From an uncultured Candidatus Saccharibacteria bacterium (GTDB lineage Bacteria; Patescibacteriota; Saccharimonadia; Saccharimonadales; AWTP1-31), in assembly GCA_937903325.1 (NCBI GenBank), contig CALCZR010000059.1, positions 151,547 through 215,546 on the forward strand: DNA of 64,000 nucleotides, given 5' to 3'. The position numbers and the translations under genes are program-made. Positions 34,477-43,500 of the stretch are shown in pieces (positions within the stretch are counted from its first letter, which is position 1; each line of letters opens with the position of its first letter). The notes below the pieces were generated by a model. The model ran no database searches and was not told the DNA's origin. It was given only the letters and a program-made list of their open reading frames with translations.

Positions 34477-34659
34477 ATGGCAGACAATTCTACAAAAGAC
34501 AATTACGATCCGTACGCGGAGATGGTAAAAGACAAGTCACCAGAACTATTCTGTGATAACTGTGGTCATTACCCGATTCAGCCAGTACACGGTCACTTCA
34601 TGTGCCCAGCCTGTCACATGCCAACCAAGTGTTGCGAGGGAATGCCTCTCGATGTTTAG
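34477..34659 (+). CDS. Small zinc-ribbon protein (60 aa)
   Basis: CDNCG...H..CPAC....CCEG; tightly coupled to both neighbours. Confidence 0.7.
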   Translation: MADNSTKDNYDPYAEMVKDKSPELFCDNCGHYPIQPVHGHFMCPACHMPTKCCEGMPLDV

Positions 34660-35332
34660 ACTCACCTCCTTGCAAAGGCGGTGGCGGCCACGGGTTCATA
34701 ACGGTGTAGAACTCCAGGGAATGACAGAAGTAATCGAGCTGGCGAGTATGGAGCTGACTAGCCGAGCAATTATGGATCCTGACGCGTTCTTTGGATATTT
34801 TCCTGGGGCAACTGGTGACGGGATTGACCATGACTTGCCGGCATGTGAATTGGCAGCGATGTTGTTCCCGACCCTGACTATTGCTGGCCAGGAATATGAC
34901 TTAAACTTCTTCAAGAAGTCTCTGATTGGTCACGAAAGTAGAGCTGGGGCTCATCTTGATTCCGGGGTACATACGGCGCTAGAAGGAAAATTCCTACAAC
35001 TACGTCCAGATAAGTACAGGGTACTTGGTAGAAAGTTTAAGGAATTTCCGGTCATTTGGCGGGCACTTGTAAATCTCTCTACGCACGCTCCACGTACCGT
35101 ACAATATCTCGATCTAGAGCCGTCACGGATACCCCTCAAACAAGCAGATGGCTATATAAGTCCAGACCTCTCAGGAATCTATCTAGATGCTGTTACTCGG
35201 AGCGTAGAACTAGCACCACGAGTAGGCAACATCGTAAGTGTCGCAACCTTTGCTGTTAGCCATGTTTTACATAGTGGGGCAAGTGAGGCACACTTCTTGG
35301 GTGGATATGGATTTGTGGAAGAGGTGGCATGA
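34652..35332 (+). CDS. Hypothetical protein, possible 2OG-Fe(II)/cupin-like fold
   Basis: HLD...H spacing (GAHLDSG ... VLHSG); overlaps both neighbours. Confidence 0.55.
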   Translation: MFRLTSLQRRWRPRVHNGVELQGMTEVIELASMELTSRAIMDPDAFFGYFPGATGDGIDHDLPACELAAMLFPTLTIAGQEYDLNFFKKSLIGHESRAGAHLDSGVHTALEGKFLQLRPDKYRVLGRKFKEFPVIWRALVNLSTHAPRTVQYLDLEPSRIPLKQADGYISPDLSGIYLDAVTRSVELAPRVGNIVSVATFAVSHVLHSGASEAHFLGGYGFVEEVA

Positions 35333-35952
35333 GTAAACGAATAGGTATATTTAGTGGTAGTTTTGACCCAGTACACAATGGGCATGTAGCCTTTGCCCTG
35401 AGTGCTATTACGGCTGCCAAGCTGGATGCAGTGTACTTTGCGCCCGAAACAAAACCCCGAAGGAAGCCGCATGTAACACATATCGCTCACCGTCTAGCTA
35501 TGCTTGAACTTGCACTACGCTCTCAGCCTCGACTACATGTTCTAGAACTACCGGGTAAGTACTTTTTACCGAAATCTACCATGGCCCACATTCGGAAGAA
35601 ATTTCCCGATGACGAGATTGTTATGCTACTGGGATCTGACCTGTTCGAACATCTAACAGAGTACCCACAGCAATGGCCCCACGTAGAGTACCTACTGAGC
35701 GAAGTAGGCTTTGCGGTTGCTAGCCGTGCGGGACACTCACCAGAAGAGTTTGAGGCTAGACTACTAGGTTTGCCAGTGCAGCCGCGGTCCTTTGTCGTCG
35801 CAGAGAATCATGAGCCGTCTCTATCCTCCGGACGTATCCGGAAAGCCATGGTAGATGGTGTGCAGCCAGTTGGACTAGCCCGGGGCGTGCAGAATTACGC
35901 AAAGAAGCACTGGCTGTACCACGACCTGAGCAAAGTAGATAAAAATACCTAG
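35329..35952 (+). CDS. nadD: Nicotinate-nucleotide adenylyltransferase
   Basis: IFSGSFDPVHNGH, HRLAML, LGSD, LSSGRIR. Confidence 0.85.
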   Translation: MSKRIGIFSGSFDPVHNGHVAFALSAITAAKLDAVYFAPETKPRRKPHVTHIAHRLAMLELALRSQPRLHVLELPGKYFLPKSTMAHIRKKFPDDEIVMLLGSDLFEHLTEYPQQWPHVEYLLSEVGFAVASRAGHSPEEFEARLLGLPVQPRSFVVAENHEPSLSSGRIRKAMVDGVQPVGLARGVQNYAKKHWLYHDLSKVDKNT

Positions 35953-35996
35953 ACCCATCTCTGTTATTTAAGGCAAACTTATTGTATGATATACGG

Positions 35997-37166
35997 ATGT
36001 CTGCTCCTGGTGATGAATCTTTTATACAAAATGGCCCTCGCTGGTTTGATGCGCCTGAAGTACCGTATCGCAGGTCTCTCCCGCCCATGGATGCTCAAGT
36101 TATCGGGCAGGACGAAGACGCGCCCTTTGCTGTTGTCCCGGTAGAATTTTACGCAACAACAAGTCCAAATCCACGTACGGCCATGCACCAGCTTGAACTT
36201 GGCGAGCGAGCTGCAACGAGAGCCCACCAAACTCTTGCCGCATTACACGTTCCATTGGAGGGCGAAGGAATGCCGGCCAATATGCCTGTACTGCGAGCTC
36301 TCGGGGTGACAGCACTAGGACGAGAAGGTGAACCACTCGCGCAATATGTATTTTCTAATAACCGGCAACCGGGTGAAATACAGCTATATGCTGACCTTGC
36401 AGTAACCATAGCTCACAGTGAGTGGAAGCGGAAGGCCAACCCTGACGAAGCACTACAAGCTCGGACCCAGGTGTACGACGCTCTAGATGACCACGGCTTG
36501 CAAATACAAGATACGGCAATTGATCTTCCGTGGGCGCCGTTTGCCTATGCCCGCAACAGTGTCATAGACCGACTTTCTATAGAGGCAGCGCTTGAGGCTG
36601 GCATGCTAACGGCCACATTGGGCCTCGATCGACATGGCCTTGGATATCACCTTTTTAGCGTGGCGCAACTAGCGATGGCCGGGGCGATTGGGAGGGACAT
36701 TGCCCGTATTGGTACAGAGGTTCCTCGACCAGTCGGGCGTTTAGTACTTACTGCCTTTAGCGAGCAGTATCCAAAGTCATTAACGTTTGCTGAACGACAA
36801 GACCGGCCAGTGAGCGGTGAAGCGCACGAAGAAGAAAATCGGAGCCTTAAAACCGTACTAACTGAACTTATAACGGATGAGCCAGTATATGGAACGCTTG
36901 CTGCTGCTTTTACTGCTATCGCTGCAGGAAAGTCGGGCTATGATTTATTGTATTCGCCAACCCATTGGGGTGAGATTAGCAATGACCTCGGTGAGACCGT
37001 TAAGGGTCTGGAACCAGTCTGGATTGTTTCGGCTATTGCGGCCGCAGCAGGTTTACCGGCCTACAGAATTCGCAATTGGCTACAAGAAGAAACAAGCAGG
37101 GGCAATACACGCTGGAAGGCGTGGCAGTATGTGCTGAAAAGTCCCAAGAGACCGGGCCAGCAGTAG
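35997..37166 (+). CDS. Hypothetical protein
   Basis: 389-codon ORF; -10 TATGAT 6 nt before the ATG. Confidence 0.7.
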   Translation: MSAPGDESFIQNGPRWFDAPEVPYRRSLPPMDAQVIGQDEDAPFAVVPVEFYATTSPNPRTAMHQLELGERAATRAHQTLAALHVPLEGEGMPANMPVLRALGVTALGREGEPLAQYVFSNNRQPGEIQLYADLAVTIAHSEWKRKANPDEALQARTQVYDALDDHGLQIQDTAIDLPWAPFAYARNSVIDRLSIEAALEAGMLTATLGLDRHGLGYHLFSVAQLAMAGAIGRDIARIGTEVPRPVGRLVLTAFSEQYPKSLTFAERQDRPVSGEAHEEENRSLKTVLTELITDEPVYGTLAAAFTAIAAGKSGYDLLYSPTHWGEISNDLGETVKGLEPVWIVSAIAAAAGLPAYRIRNWLQEETSRGNTRWKAWQYVLKSPKRPGQQ

Positions 37167-37218
37167 AGCCCATTAAGGGTATTTATTTATTTTCATAAAG
37201 ATGGTATAATATCCGTTT

Positions 37219-38136
37219 ATGAGTGATGTTTTCCGTGATCAAGGTGGTGATCCAGACCCCAACGAGCTTGGCGGTGCTTTTTGGCACCCACAAGATAGGC
37301 TTGGTGACATGCCTGGGTTCGGCGACATCTCTATTCCACTAGACGGTGAGACGGCTACAGGTCAACTTGTGCCGTCAGTTGGCATGGAAGTTGAGTTATA
37401 CCAAGAACCAGAACAAGTAGCCGTAGAGGCTCCCGTACTGGACCATTCTAACTTTAGCCTGCCTAGAGCTTTAAAAGCGGCGGGCATCGGCTCTCGCCCA
37501 GCTAATAAAATTACCGATTCGTTCGCTCGCTTTGGTCGGAAACACAAGAGCCCCATGTGCCCTGAAACTGGCTTAGACGCCGTCGTTGTGACGAAATACG
37601 GTGGTAATTCGCCGACGGAAACACATGTTGTACAGTGGGCAAAAAGGCCTGACAATGAGACGGCCTTAGATGAAGATATGCTCCAAGTAGCTGCAGATAT
37701 CGGCTATTCACTCTCAAAGATAATGGAGCTGCCAGGTGATGAGCGTGACCCCGAAGCTATTAAGAAACTACGTGATCTAGCTCGTGCTAACCAACTCGAG
37801 ATGACGGAAAGAGTACAGAACGTACCGCTTAATCCAATACGTGACGCAGTGCATACGCCTGTTTTGGGTTGGACGCAGCGCTTTGGCTGGTTTCCACACG
37901 AAACATCTGCACTTGCAGTGACAACCCGACAGACATATATAGATCTAGCTGAGAGTAACCGATTAGCTGTAGCTCGTGACCTTACGGTTCTTCTGCCTCT
38001 TATCGGCAAATCAGCCTGGACAATGTACGGCGCCCACAAGTCACCCGAACTTCACCGAACTGCAACGGTAGTAACCTTTAGTCGTATTCGTCCTGAAGCC
38101 CCAGAGCAACGGCGCTATGCTCGTCGCATCGTCTAG
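37219..38136 (+). CDS. Hypothetical protein
   Basis: 305-codon ORF; TGgTATAAT 8 nt before the ATG. Confidence 0.7.
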   Translation: MSDVFRDQGGDPDPNELGGAFWHPQDRLGDMPGFGDISIPLDGETATGQLVPSVGMEVELYQEPEQVAVEAPVLDHSNFSLPRALKAAGIGSRPANKITDSFARFGRKHKSPMCPETGLDAVVVTKYGGNSPTETHVVQWAKRPDNETALDEDMLQVAADIGYSLSKIMELPGDERDPEAIKKLRDLARANQLEMTERVQNVPLNPIRDAVHTPVLGWTQRFGWFPHETSALAVTTRQTYIDLAESNRLAVARDLTVLLPLIGKSAWTMYGAHKSPELHRTATVVTFSRIRPEAPEQRRYARRIV

Positions 38137-38138
38137 AT

Positions 38139-38438
38139 CTAGTTAAAGAACGTACTTATGAAGCCGCGGTCCCAGAAGGGTTTCTGCTTCTCTGCTTCAA
38201 CTTTTTCAGAAATCTTCTCTTTAGCTACCATAACTCCAGCACCGGCCAACACGGTTGCACCTAGCCCAAGAGGGGAGGCTACAAAACCAACCGTTGCTTC
38301 TGCGCCTGCAACGACAGTTTCAATCATGGTTTCAACACCCCACGCAGCAGCACCGAGGGCAGCAGTAAGTACACCAGTGCCCATAGCAACACCGAGCGGT
38401 TCTTGCTGAAACATTCTTCGTACGTTTGGAGATGACAT
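38139..38438 (-). CDS. Small Gly/Ala-rich membrane protein
   Basis: 99 aa, two hydrophobic Gly-zipper-like segments. Confidence 0.6.
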   Translation of the reverse strand: MSSPNVRRMFQQEPLGVAMGTGVLTAALGAAAWGVETMIETVVAGAEATVGFVASPLGLGATVLAGAGVMVAKEKISEKVEAEKQKPFWDRGFISTFFN

Positions 38439-38505
38439 AACAATACCTTACAAAGTACTAATTTTATCATCAAATTGTAATTATCGCAATGTCATTGTAC
38501 TGAAT

Positions 38506-40206
38506 CTACTCTTCGTCAGCTAACTGCTCATCAAAGTGAGATTGCAAGTACACTAAGTGTTTCTCACGGTAGGCCTTGAACTCAGTCTTGTTAAAACCAT
38601 TCTTCTTAATAAAAGTACTAATCTTCTCACTCCCAATGTAGTGCGGCATCATGACGTATGCTGCACCTTCGGAATACAGATCAGAAGCGTATTCAGCACG
38701 TTCGGCAGAACATACAAAAACTGCGCTCGGGTTGTGGGTATTCAGCCAGTGCGCGAGGAAGTGGTTAGTTTCACGGTCGGCAATGGTAGAGACGACTAAT
38801 TTTGCCTTGGCAAGGTTAAGTTCGTCGAGTAGTTCTGGGTCGGTAGCATCGCCATATAGGTAGGGTACTTGCTGTCGCTCCAGGGTCTCGATGTTCTCCG
38901 GGTCGTAGTCCACGACTACAAACTTCTTTTCCATCTTCTTAAATGTCTTTAAGAACTCATGACCACCCTTGCGGTAGCCAAACAAGACAATAGGGTAGGT
39001 GGTCGTGCCGCCCCGTTGTTCTAGCTTAGTGACATGGCGCTCAAAGAGGCGCAGGTGTCGCTCTAGTTTTGTAAACAGGGCGTTGTCGTACTTAATAAGG
39101 TAGGTAGAGGCTGCAAAGGTGATAAGGGCCGTTAGAGTCAATGTAGTAGAAGCCCGCTCGCTGACAAAGCCAGAAGCTACCGCAGCAGCGAGGAACACGA
39201 GTGAGAACTCACTAACCTGACTCATGGCTACCGCTGCCTTAAAGCTGGCCCGTTTGGTGTAACCCATGACCCCCATGGATATAAGGACGGTTAGTGGTTT
39301 GAGGATTAGGACTACGAGACTGAGGCCCAGAGCGGGAAGTACTACATGCGTGAGCTTATCTGGCGCCATGGTCTGCCCAAGGGTAATAAAGAAGATAACC
39401 AAGAAGAAGTCACGGAGCGGCTTAAGTCGAGAGGCCATCTCGCTACTGTATGGTAAGCCTGCCAGGCTAACACCGGCAAATAGGGCACCGATCTCAATAG
39501 AGAAGCCAGCCTTGGCGAATACCAGCGCTAGTCCTAATCCCCAGCCAAGTGAGAAGAGTAGGAGCAGTTCCTTACTGCGCTCCAGGGTCTTAGTAAGCAA
39601 CGGAATAACAAACTTCACTGCAAGGTAGAGGGCTGTTACTAAGGCTACGCCGCGGAGTCCAAGAGTAATAAGGGTTTGTACCGTGTCACCATGGTGTGAC
39701 TTGGCTGCCAAACCAATCTTGGCAATAGTAGCTACGACATCCTGTAACAACAGAATACCGATGGCGATTTGGGCGTACAGCCGAGTAGTTTCTTTCTTGT
39801 CGTTGAGCAGCTTCACGATAATGATCGTGCTGCTCATGGCCAGCCCTAATCCTAATACAAATGCTTCTGTTTTAGAGAAGTTGAGCAGACGTGAGGCAGC
39901 ATACCCAATAGCCGTAATACTAGCAATCTGCGCCGTGGCCGTAACGAAGACCGTTTTGCCAACCCGCGAGAATGCCTTAAGGCTGAGATCTAGACCGATA
40001 ATAAACAAGAGTAGGGCAACGCCCATATCAGACAGGCCACTAAAAGAAGCATCGGCGTGAATCAGTTTTAGTACCGACGGCCCAGCAATAATCCCCGTGA
40101 GTATATGCCCAATAATCAGGGGTTGTCGAAGCCAGCGCATAATGAGAGCAATACCTGCTCCCAGGGCAATAATGGCGCTAATCTCGTTAAAAACACTACT
40201 GTGCAT
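38506..40206 (-). CDS. CPA2 cation:proton antiporter with TrkA-N/RCK domain (KefC-like)
   Basis: SSTIIIVKLL, LLLQD, SQVSEFS, C-terminal GYRKGG...YGDATD. Confidence 0.9.
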   Translation of the reverse strand: MHSSVFNEISAIIALGAGIALIMRWLRQPLIIGHILTGIIAGPSVLKLIHADASFSGLSDMGVALLLFIIGLDLSLKAFSRVGKTVFVTATAQIASITAIGYAASRLLNFSKTEAFVLGLGLAMSSTIIIVKLLNDKKETTRLYAQIAIGILLLQDVVATIAKIGLAAKSHHGDTVQTLITLGLRGVALVTALYLAVKFVIPLLTKTLERSKELLLLFSLGWGLGLALVFAKAGFSIEIGALFAGVSLAGLPYSSEMASRLKPLRDFFLVIFFITLGQTMAPDKLTHVVLPALGLSLVVLILKPLTVLISMGVMGYTKRASFKAAVAMSQVSEFSLVFLAAAVASGFVSERASTTLTLTALITFAASTYLIKYDNALFTKLERHLRLFERHVTKLEQRGGTTTYPIVLFGYRKGGHEFLKTFKKMEKKFVVVDYDPENIETLERQQVPYLYGDATDPELLDELNLAKAKLVVSTIADRETNHFLAHWLNTHNPSAVFVCSAERAEYASDLYSEGAAYVMMPHYIGSEKISTFIKKNGFNKTEFKAYREKHLVYLQSHFDEQLADEE

Positions 40207-40223
40207 ACGATTTTAGAGAAGAA

Positions 40224-40463
40224 CTATCGCTTCCAAGGCTTAGTGGACATACCAACGAGTACTCCACCAAGTACGAGGAACGCAGCACCGAATCCGACAA
40301 GCAGTAACTTAATGTCGTCGTTTTCTTGCATAGTACCAATCAAGATAACAGCTACACCACCAAACAAAACTGCAGCGGCAGCAGTCAGTCGACTGTTTTC
40401 AGGGGATAAGCCTTTTCGCTTAGCAGTTGTTTTTTTCTTGGTTGTTTTTGCTTTTGTTGCCAT
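40224..40463 (-). CDS. Small 2-TM protein with a basic N-terminus
   Basis: Lys/Thr-rich start, two hydrophobic helices. Confidence 0.65.
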   Translation of the reverse strand: MATKAKTTKKKTTAKRKGLSPENSRLTAAAAVLFGGVAVILIGTMQENDDIKLLLVGFGAAFLVLGGVLVGMSTKPWKR

Positions 40464-40533
40464 TGTTCACCCTTTATGTTTATTGCTTATGCCTAGAGTA
40501 TATCATAGGTCGCTCAGTGGCCAAGAATAGCTA

Positions 40534-40564
40534 TTGACACGGCTACTAACGCTTATGCTAAACT
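40534..40564 (+). promoter_or_regulatory. Sigma70-type promoter
   Basis: TTGACA (40534-39) and extended -10 TGcTAAACT (40556-64); 19-nt spacer. Confidence 0.5.
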
Positions 40565-40687
40565 GTGTACATTCTTTGTGAGCGAACACGTAGTGTTTTA
40601 GAGACTCCAAGAAAAACAAAAATTTACAAAATAATAGCTACAGAAAATTTTGAGACGGTTTTTTGTGGCCTAAAAAGAGGGGAAGTT

Positions 40688-40777
40688 ATGGGAATTAAAA
40701 TAAAAACTATTAGTAGAGGGTATAAAGTGGAAGTCAAAATTAAGCGGCCAGACTGGCAGCAATTTCTGCAGTACTAG
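40688..40777 (+). CDS. Putative 29-aa basic small protein
   Basis: GAGGGG SD, then MGIKIKTISRGYKVEVKIKRPDWQQFLQY*, with a terminator immediately after. Confidence 0.55.
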   Translation: MGIKIKTISRGYKVEVKIKRPDWQQFLQY

Positions 40778-40781
40778 GGTG

Positions 40782-40813
40782 GTGACCGGCGAATGCCGGT
40801 CATTTACTATTTT
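40782..40813 (+). terminator. Intrinsic terminator
   Basis: GTGACCGGC-GAAT-GCCGGTCAT followed by TTACTATTTT. Confidence 0.7.
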
Positions 40814-40892
40814 AGGTACTATGCGAAGCTATCTAAACATGTACACATAACTATATAGACAAATAAGCAATAATATGCTAGAATAGTGTTAT

Positions 40893-42170
40893 ATGGTTAT
40901 GTCTCCAATTGAAGAATTCAGCGACCTCAGTGTGGAATTGGCGCAGCGGCGTCAGTTTATGGGTATTCGTTCTGGCGCTGAGGCGTTTATGAACCCTGAT
41001 ACTGCCGAAGTACTCCAGGATATGGAGGCTATGGTGCGTGAACACCCTGAAATTACGCAGTTTTATGCCGGTGCGCTTGACCGCTATACCGGTAGAAGTG
41101 AAAAGAAGTTAGAGGCCCAGGCTCAGGCAGATGAAGAACGCAAAGCCGTACTACGCGATCGTATAGATATTATGAGCGACAGCGTGGTTATTGGAGATAC
41201 TGAAGTTAGGGTATTGAATCAGCAACAGCAACGAGCTCAAAAGGAGAAGAACGAATCTGGTGAACTTATCGTAGATGAGGCCAAGATTTTCTTTAAACTC
41301 TTTAGGAAACATATCCCTGCTGAAGATATACCAAAAGCCCTAAAATCAACTAAACCAAAGCCTACTGTGCAAAATGCTGAGCCAGTAATGGCAACTCCAG
41401 TGATTACTCTGCCAGAACGACCTGCTATAGAGCTTCTCGCCCGACAACCGGCGCGGACGTTACACCATGATGCAAGCGATGGGCTGGCTGCGCGACGTGC
41501 TGCTCGTCTGGCTCGGCAAGAAGCAGCAGAACAAGAGAAGAGCGACTTTACCGACGAGTTAATTACACAGGCACACCGAGTCTTCCTAAACGTTATTGAT
41601 GAAAAGGGCAGTGTTACTCGCGCTCAAATGGAATCACTATTTAGTGAGAAGTTTGGCCTAGATGATAAGGCAATCACTAAAAAATTAGTTGCTGCTGCAT
41701 ATGCTGCAGAACGAGACCATGACCATTCACTTGTAGTGCAGGTAACTCCAGATAATGGTTCAAAGTTCTTCGCCAAACGTTCTGCTGAAGCATCCGAAGC
41801 AGATCAGCAGGAAGCTGTGCCATCTCCGCTAGGGGCCTATTTTGCTGGGAGTGAAGAAGAGTTTGCCCAAAAGTATGGAAAACTAAAAGCATATGATTCA
41901 CGAGCGATTTATTTTGAAGGCGGCACCGTCTGGCTCAATGAATTAGAGAGCGAGCTACTAGACTACTTTACTCGTACAGGAATTAAGCAGGCGGTGTCAG
42001 AAAAGTCAGTAGTTGCAGAACTACAACGCAGCGGATTACAGATCGATAATGCAGAACTGCGCGACTCAGCGAAACTAGTGAATAAACTCGTTGGTTTTGA
42101 AGTCTTTCGAACACTTCCCCCAGCTACGCGACATGCTGCAAAGGGCCTCCGTTTGCAGAAAATTGCCTAG
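40893..42170 (+). CDS. Hypothetical helical protein, possible C-terminal winged-helix domain
   Basis: 425-codon ORF; C-terminus loosely resembles an OmpR-type DNA-binding domain. Confidence 0.65.
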   Translation: MVMSPIEEFSDLSVELAQRRQFMGIRSGAEAFMNPDTAEVLQDMEAMVREHPEITQFYAGALDRYTGRSEKKLEAQAQADEERKAVLRDRIDIMSDSVVIGDTEVRVLNQQQQRAQKEKNESGELIVDEAKIFFKLFRKHIPAEDIPKALKSTKPKPTVQNAEPVMATPVITLPERPAIELLARQPARTLHHDASDGLAARRAARLARQEAAEQEKSDFTDELITQAHRVFLNVIDEKGSVTRAQMESLFSEKFGLDDKAITKKLVAAAYAAERDHDHSLVVQVTPDNGSKFFAKRSAEASEADQQEAVPSPLGAYFAGSEEEFAQKYGKLKAYDSRAIYFEGGTVWLNELESELLDYFTRTGIKQAVSEKSVVAELQRSGLQIDNAELRDSAKLVNKLVGFEVFRTLPPATRHAAKGLRLQKIA

Positions 42171-42234
42171 GTGTAATGAGTGGCCTATTGTGGCTTTCTG
42201 GCCGCATTGGTAATGCATGACATACAATACTTAC

Positions 42235-43446
42235 ATGAAGCACTACGTTGTTGGTACTCATGTCCGTAAATCAAGATGGCTTTTGCTATTACTGCCAGTA
42301 GTCACCCTGTTAGTCATTGGCTTGCTGCTCGTGTTGCTTGGTGGTTCCGCAAAAGCCCCTAGTACTAGCAGCAACTCTTCTAACGCAAAGCCTACAGTGC
42401 AGACAACTTCATTAGAAGGAAGGTACCTGTTTAATGGTACGACCGTCTGGGCGCGGGCTGTCGAACGAGATAGTCGTCGGGCAGACGGTAGCTATGACTA
42501 CGCCCATCCATTTAGTCAGCTGAGTACTTTTGAACGAGAAAAGTACGACGCCTGGATGACCAGCTTTGAATGCCCCGCCACCAACAATACCGTGCCATTT
42601 GCGCTGCAGGTCAGTAACCTGACCTTTAACTGTCGACCAGAATTCTTACCAGAAGCCAAGAAGTACTTCGATATCTTTGACCTAGCCAATAACCATACTG
42701 GTGACCAGGGCGGAGCGGCTGGGCTCACCGAAACACGCCAACATCTCAAAGAGGCGGGCGTACAGTATTTTGGTAGCTTCGATCCGGGAGTATCTGAGGA
42801 TATTTGCGAAGTTATTTCACTGCCAGTGCGGCTGCAGAAGTCAGACGGCAAAGAAGCCAAAGGGAATTTGCCTGTGGCAATGTGCGGTTGGCACTACTTC
42901 TTCAGGAAGCCTCTGGCCGGCGAAATAGAGCAGATGAATCAATACGCCAAGGTCATGCCGGTATTCGCCTTTGTAGAGATGGGCACTGAATACCAAGCAA
43001 AAGCCAATGCTATTCAGGAAGAAATTGCCCACGCCGTTATTGACCAAGGTCCAGAATTCTTAATAGCCAACAATCCCCATTGGGTCCAGAACACCGAAGT
43101 GTATAAAGGTAAGCTTATCGTCTACGCTACCGGTAACTTTATCTTTGACCAGCTTGAACCTGAAGAGCAGCGTAGTGCCAGCATAGCTGTGGATATGACC
43201 GTCAAATACGATGCTAATGTCCAGAAGTGGTTGGATCTGGCTAAGGACTGTCAGGCCTACCAAGACGATTGTCTGAGTAAGGCAACTCAGCAAAAGCTAT
43301 CTAAGGTAAAATTATCTCTCAAATACGGAGTAGTAGCAGGTCAGGGCGGGGCGGGTAAGCTGACACGTAAAGCAGACGCAGCTACGCAGACCGTGGTTGA
43401 GGAGCGTATGAACTGGGCAGAGACACTGAAACAACTTGGCCAGTAG
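42235..43446 (+). CDS. CapA-family (metallophosphoesterase-like) membrane-anchored protein
   Basis: LANNH..D.G..GL.ET, PHWVQ, YATGNFIFDQ; N-terminal TM. Confidence 0.85.
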   Translation: MKHYVVGTHVRKSRWLLLLLPVVTLLVIGLLLVLLGGSAKAPSTSSNSSNAKPTVQTTSLEGRYLFNGTTVWARAVERDSRRADGSYDYAHPFSQLSTFEREKYDAWMTSFECPATNNTVPFALQVSNLTFNCRPEFLPEAKKYFDIFDLANNHTGDQGGAAGLTETRQHLKEAGVQYFGSFDPGVSEDICEVISLPVRLQKSDGKEAKGNLPVAMCGWHYFFRKPLAGEIEQMNQYAKVMPVFAFVEMGTEYQAKANAIQEEIAHAVIDQGPEFLIANNPHWVQNTEVYKGKLIVYATGNFIFDQLEPEEQRSASIAVDMTVKYDANVQKWLDLAKDCQAYQDDCLSKATQQKLSKVKLSLKYGVVAGQGGAGKLTRKADAATQTVVEERMNWAETLKQLGQ

Positions 43447-43500
43447 TCAAATATATTGTGTGAGATAGTTACCTCTTGTATACTGCTATAAAAGAGATTT

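Noticed and set aside
43446-43462. Second NrdR-box-like sequence (caAATATATTGtgt)
   Set aside because: It lacks the conserved C, is a single copy in AT-rich intergenic DNA, and has no relevant gene nearby.
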